A stretch of DNA of 64,000 bases. Source: an uncultured Candidatus Saccharibacteria bacterium. GTDB taxonomy: Bacteria > Patescibacteriota > Minisyncoccia > Minisyncoccales > Staskawiczbacteraceae. A model generated the notes under the pieces. That model made no database searches. It was given only the letters and a program-made list of their open reading frames with translations, and had not been told where the DNA came from. The stretch lies in assembly GCA_964479955.1 (NCBI GenBank), contig CAYZNK010000002.1, forward strand, positions 156,955 through 220,954, written 5' to 3'. This document shows positions 60,045 through 64,000 of the stretch, piece after piece; positions within the stretch are counted from its first letter, which is position 1, and the number at the start of each line of letters is the position of its first letter. Made by a program: the position numbers and the translations under genes.

Positions 60045-60455
60045 CTATTTTACAAATTTCTGGTAATATCCTTCTTTTGCCAAAATATCGTGAAACAAGT
60101 CCAGAAGATAAGAATCGTTTGTTTCCTTTGCTGTCTTTATTGCAAAAACTACGCCTTTTTCCCTGGCAATTTTTAAAAGATGGTCAATTTTTTCTTTTTC
60201 TCCCAAGAATTCTATTTTTGAGGCTTTTGCTTTTGCCTCTTCATTTAATTTCTCATCTGTTTCCATCATTTTCAATTCCTGCCTTATCTTTTCGGCAACA
60301 ATTCTTTCTTGTTCTGGCAATCCCCTTTCGCTTGAAATTCCGTATTCTTTTTTGCCTTCAAGCGGGCCTTCGGGATTTTGAAACGTTTTTTCCGGAATTT
60401 TTATTTGCTTTTCAAAATTTTCTTCTGGCATAATATTATAAAAATTGCTTTGCAA
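60045..60455 (-). CDS. hypothetical protein
   Basis: 136-aa acidic/helical ORF, contiguous with the upstream ORF. Confidence 0.55.
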   Translation of the reverse strand: MQSNFYNIMPEENFEKQIKIPEKTFQNPEGPLEGKKEYGISSERGLPEQERIVAEKIRQELKMMETDEKLNEEAKAKASKIEFLGEKEKIDHLLKIAREKGVVFAIKTAKETNDSYLLDLFHDILAKEGYYQKFVK

Positions 60456-61055
60456 TTATTGAGTTACTATTAAATCAATCAAAGCTGATTCTTCTTTGTT
60501 ATTTATTTTTGTGGTTACCCTTACCTTTAATCCTGTTGATTTTTTTGAAACTTCATATATTTTTACGCACGGAGTTGGGTCAAATGCAGGCTTTAGCAAA
60601 ATTCCGCACAAATCATCTTCGGGCAACCATGGGTCAATGGAATAGTCATCCAAAGGCACAAATTCCCTGCCCTCTGAATCAATAATATTTTCAATGTCCC
60701 ACGCATTGTCCTTTGTATTCAGTTTTCCCATATTCTGGGCCCCGATTTTTATTTCTATAAAATTTTCTTTTGTTGTCAAATTGGTTTTATAGCTTCTATG
60801 GGTATCGCTTTTAATATTTGATGCATATAATGTATCTCCGTGGTTTATCGCTCCTTGAAAAATAAACTTTATGTCAGACAAGGTCTGCTCATATACAGGC
60901 ATCGCGACTGTTTCTTCCGGACCCGTAGGCTTTGATGGAGCTTCCGCCATTCTCATAATAAGATAAACAATAATTGCGGCTACGAAAACAACAATAGAAA
61001 GTATCAAAAGCAGTCTTGAAATTTGTCCCGATGATTTGTTTATATTTTTAAACAT
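60456..61055 (-). CDS. membrane-anchored hypothetical protein (possible DUF4352-like Ig fold)
   Basis: N-terminal TM helix LLLILSIVVFVAAIIVYLI, then a beta-rich ectodomain. Confidence 0.55.
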   Translation of the reverse strand: MFKNINKSSGQISRLLLILSIVVFVAAIIVYLIMRMAEAPSKPTGPEETVAMPVYEQTLSDIKFIFQGAINHGDTLYASNIKSDTHRSYKTNLTTKENFIEIKIGAQNMGKLNTKDNAWDIENIIDSEGREFVPLDDYSIDPWLPEDDLCGILLKPAFDPTPCVKIYEVSKKSTGLKVRVTTKINNKEESALIDLIVTQ

Positions 61056-61101
61056 AAGCAGATTGATTTTTTTATTCGTTATTATTTATTATACATTATC
61101 T

Positions 61102-62349
61102 TTACTCATACCTCAAAGCGTCAACCGGCCTTAGCTTGGAAGCTGATTTTGACGGGAAATAACCGGAAACGCATCCAACTAAAAAAGAAAAAGCCAAAGA
61201 GAATAAAATCAGTCCCGGACCAATTTTAGCCTTTAAATAAAACATTGGATGAATTTGAAAATATATCTCAATCCCTTTTGCAAAAAACAGGCCCATTAAA
61301 GTTCCCCCTATTCCTCCCAGCATTCCAAAAATTCCGGATTCAATCAAAAATATAGTTGTTATTGTTTTATTTTTTGCCCCTATTGCTTTCATAATTCCTA
61401 TTTCTTTTGTTCTTTCCCTGACAGAGGTATACATTGTATTCATAATTCCAATTCCGCCCACAACTATTGCAATTGATGCAAAGCCAATAATAACGGCCTG
61501 TATAAGCCCCATCACATTCCCAACAATGCTTGCTAAAGTTTCGGATGTTAAAACGGTATAAGAAGAATCCGTTTCTTTCTGGCCTATCTGGCGTTTTCTG
61601 TTTTCATTAAGATTGCTTTTCAATTCTTTTGCCACAAAATCCGGCGTATATTCCGGGTCTATTTTTGCCATTGCCATCCTGGCTCCTGTCCTTTCTCCTG
61701 TAACCGTCCTAAAAATATTCAAATCAATGCCAACCATTGAGTCATCCTGTTTTGAGCCCACAGAATTTAAAATTCCTACAACCGTAAATTTTCTTCCCTT
61801 TATCACTATTTCGTTTCCCACTTTTATTCCGGGAAAAGTTTCGGTTGCCACAATGCTTCCAAGTATTATCTCGTTTTTGCGGGAATACGGCCATCTTCCC
61901 TGCGCGATTGACCAACCAATATCACTTTTGATTACATCAGAATCATTTTTCCAATCAACCCCGTATACCAAAGCTGTCTTCTTCAAGTCTTTATATCTCA
62001 TAACAATTGAAGTGTAATCCATCTCAACCACATTTTTAACACCTCTTGTTTTTTTTATAATATCCAAATCTTCTTCGCTTAGTTTTTGTCCTGCCATCAT
62101 AGACGCCATATCAGTCATATCCCCTGCCATAATAGTAATCAAATCTTTTCCCATCATATTTAACTGGTCCAAAACAGCATTTTTTAACCCTTGGCTCAAT
62201 GATAAAAGTGAAACAATTAAAAAAACTCCGATTACAATTCCCAATATTGTAAGCCAAGAACGAACCTTTCTTGTTACAAGGCTTTTGACAGCTATTTTGG
62301 AATATTCCTTGAATGTGTTAAAAATTTTTGTTGCGTCAAAAATTGCCAT
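61102..62349 (-). CDS. ABC transporter permease (MacB/FtsX family)
   Basis: MacB-type periplasmic domain followed by an FtsX-like 3-TM C-terminus (ERTKEIGIMKAIGA). Confidence 0.85.
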   Translation of the reverse strand: MAIFDATKIFNTFKEYSKIAVKSLVTRKVRSWLTILGIVIGVFLIVSLLSLSQGLKNAVLDQLNMMGKDLITIMAGDMTDMASMMAGQKLSEEDLDIIKKTRGVKNVVEMDYTSIVMRYKDLKKTALVYGVDWKNDSDVIKSDIGWSIAQGRWPYSRKNEIILGSIVATETFPGIKVGNEIVIKGRKFTVVGILNSVGSKQDDSMVGIDLNIFRTVTGERTGARMAMAKIDPEYTPDFVAKELKSNLNENRKRQIGQKETDSSYTVLTSETLASIVGNVMGLIQAVIIGFASIAIVVGGIGIMNTMYTSVRERTKEIGIMKAIGAKNKTITTIFLIESGIFGMLGGIGGTLMGLFFAKGIEIYFQIHPMFYLKAKIGPGLILFSLAFSFLVGCVSGYFPSKSASKLRPVDALRYE

Positions 62350-62360
62350 ATAATTAATTT

Positions 62361-63101
62361 CTATGATTTTACAGACTGATTATCCTCTTCAGACCATAAA
62401 ACTTCCTTATCTTGAAAATGATTTGAAACTACATTTCCATCCTGTATATGAATCGTTGTCTGGCTGTAGTGGGCAATATTCGGGTCATGGGTTACAATCA
62501 CAATTGTTTTTTTCTGCTCTTTGTGCAGTTTTGTCAAAACTTCCATTACGTTTTTTCCCGTTGAAGAGTCCAGGTTTCCTGTTGGTTCGTCTGCAATCAA
62601 AATTTCAGGGTCATTCACCAAAGACCTTGCAATCGCTATTCTTTGCTGTTCTCCACCCGACATTTCCATTGGCTTGTGGCTTGACCTTTTACTTAGACCA
62701 ACAGAATCTAAAAGTGCCTGAGCTTTTTGCTTTCTTTCGGCTTCCGGAATTCCCTGAAAAACCATTGGCAGCATCACATTTTCCAATGCAGTTAAATTCT
62801 GCAACAAGTTGAATTGCTGAAAAATAAAGCCAATTTTTTTACCGCGAATTTGTGCCAAACTATCTTCGGAAAAATCTGAAACATCTTTGCCTGACAAAAA
62901 TATTTTTCCTTCAGTGGGCATATCTAATAACCCCAGCAAATACATCAGCGTTGATTTTCCTGAGCCAGAAGGCCCCATTATGGTCACAAAAGAACCCGGC
63001 ATTATTTCCAGGCTTACTCCTTTCAAAATAGGAAGATATCCGTCACCTGCCAGTTTATACTTTTTCCAGACATTTTCTAATTTTAAAACTGCCTCTGGCA
63101 T
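62361..63101 (-). CDS. ABC transporter ATP-binding protein (MacB/LolD type)
   Basis: GPSGSGKST, LSGGEQQR-like MSGGEQQRIAIARSL, ILIADEPTGNLD. Confidence 0.95.
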   Translation of the reverse strand: MPEAVLKLENVWKKYKLAGDGYLPILKGVSLEIMPGSFVTIMGPSGSGKSTLMYLLGLLDMPTEGKIFLSGKDVSDFSEDSLAQIRGKKIGFIFQQFNLLQNLTALENVMLPMVFQGIPEAERKQKAQALLDSVGLSKRSSHKPMEMSGGEQQRIAIARSLVNDPEILIADEPTGNLDSSTGKNVMEVLTKLHKEQKKTIVIVTHDPNIAHYSQTTIHIQDGNVVSNHFQDKEVLWSEEDNQSVKS

Positions 63102-63105
63102 ATTT

Positions 63106-64000
63106 TTAATTTTGGCTTAAGATAATTTCATCTCCTTCGCTTAATCCCGAGGCAACTTCAAAATAATCAGTCCCCTCAAGGCCCGTTATAATTTCTTTTT
63201 CTTGTATTTTTTTATTTACAAGCACTTGGACTAACTCTTTTCCCCCGATTAACTCCACCGCGTTTTTAGAGACTCTTAGAACATCTTCTTTTTTATTGGT
63301 TTCTATGACTATATCAGCTGTCATTCCAGATCTTATGCCATCAGGCTGTTTTGGAAAATCAATTGTTACTTGATAATAAACAACATTATCAATTATTTTT
63401 TCTGCCGGATCTATTGATAAAACCTTACCTTCAAAAACATCTTTTGGAAAAGCCACTAACTCTATCTTCACAGAATCCCCCGTTTTAACATTTATTATAT
63501 CCTGCTCATAAATATCCACCTTGATTTGAAAAGGCTCTGAAGAAAGCAGGTTGATTGTTGAATTTGAATTTACAGTCTCCCCTTTTTTGGCATTTATTGC
63601 AGTGACTTTTCCGTCTATGGGACTGTAAATATAATTGTCGCCTATTTGGCTCTGATACATTTCAAGGTTAGCTCTTGCCTTTTCAACCGCTAGGCTGTAA
63701 ATATCAATGTCTTCCTGCCTGGGAGTTGCTGTCATATAAGTTAAATTATTATTGGCCGTCTGCAAACTGATTCTATAAGAAGAAATATTTTGCTGCGAAG
63801 TTGTAATATTATCAAGGGCGGTATTTATATTCGTTTTTTGCGTATCCAGTGAAGTTTTGTCTGTTGAAGAAACATCTGCATAATATATTCCCTGGTCACA
63901 CATTTCCCTGACAATTTTTAAATCATTGAAAACATTATCAAGGACTGTTAGCATATGGGAAAGCGCCGAGTCAATATCCTGTTCAGATTTGCTGCTTTTT
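63106..64000 (-). CDS. HlyD/MacA-family periplasmic adaptor (partial; N-terminus beyond the right edge)
   Basis: Coiled-coil hairpin, then the beta-barrel GKVTAINAKKGETV...GMTADIVIET. The frame stays open from 63954 to nt 64000. Confidence 0.8.
   Translation of the reverse strand, partial: KSSKSEQDIDSALSHMLTVLDNVFNDLKIVREMCDQGIYYADVSSTDKTSLDTQKTNINTALDNITTSQQNISSYRISLQTANNNLTYMTATPRQEDIDIYSLAVEKARANLEMYQSQIGDNYIYSPIDGKVTAINAKKGETVNSNSTINLLSSEPFQIKVDIYEQDIINVKTGDSVKIELVAFPKDVFEGKVLSIDPAEKIIDNVVYYQVTIDFPKQPDGIRSGMTADIVIETNKKEDVLRVSKNAVELIGGKELVQVLVNKKIQEKEIITGLEGTDYFEVASGLSEGDEIILSQN

Noticed and set aside
1-64000. Alternative genetic code (UGA recoded, as in some CPR lineages)
   Set aside because: Conserved proteins (DnaK, PyrG, GltX, Mur ligases, AspRS and others) read full-length without in-frame TGA. 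Several ORFs end plausibly at TGA followed by terminators (21905, 23110). The standard bacterial code fits.
57561-64000. Integrated conjugative element or prophage at the right end
   Set aside because: No relaxase, integrase, VirB4, capsid or terminase genes are present in the window, and no flanking direct repeats were seen. Composition matches the host apart from the giant surface protein.

Overview
AT-rich (about one-third G+C by eye), gene-dense bacterial window that looks like a CPR/Patescibacteria-type reduced genome. Plus-strand genes run to about 32.9 kb and minus-strand genes from about 33.0 kb, so the two halves converge. Core content: hrcA-grpE-dnaK-dnaJ with a CIRCE operator; a partial dcw/mur cluster (murG, ftsW, murD, murI, mraY, murC, PBP5-like); gltX, aspS, tyrS, pyrG, rplI, rpmA, uppS, efp, rlmN, xseAB; a UvrD-type helicase fused to a nuclease; a MacAB/HlyD-type exporter; a TraD/VirD4-like ATPase; and 3 canonical tRNAs plus one atypical tRNA-like gene. 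Accessory content: a type II R-M pair next to a free-standing LAGLIDADG gene, and a GIY-YIG gene inserted beside tRNA-Gln. Most unusual observations: (1) seven copies of a 15-18 bp word with core ATTGTGCGAC, in both orientations, form exact inverted-repeat pairs around an Xer-like tyrosine recombinase, an ECF-type sigma factor and a divergent sugar-phosphatase-fold gene (33.7-37.4 kb). The same word also occurs inside unrelated housekeeping ORFs. (2) About ten visibly GC-richer mini-cassettes, mostly with near-consensus sigma70-type promoters, strong AGGAG ribosome-binding sites and intrinsic terminators, are interspersed among core genes that almost all lack a Shine-Dalgarno. (3) One cassette is a roughly 400-nt non-coding, apparently structured RNA that I cannot assign to a family. 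All coordinates, folds and compositional statements come from reading the sequence by eye. No searches or computations were run.
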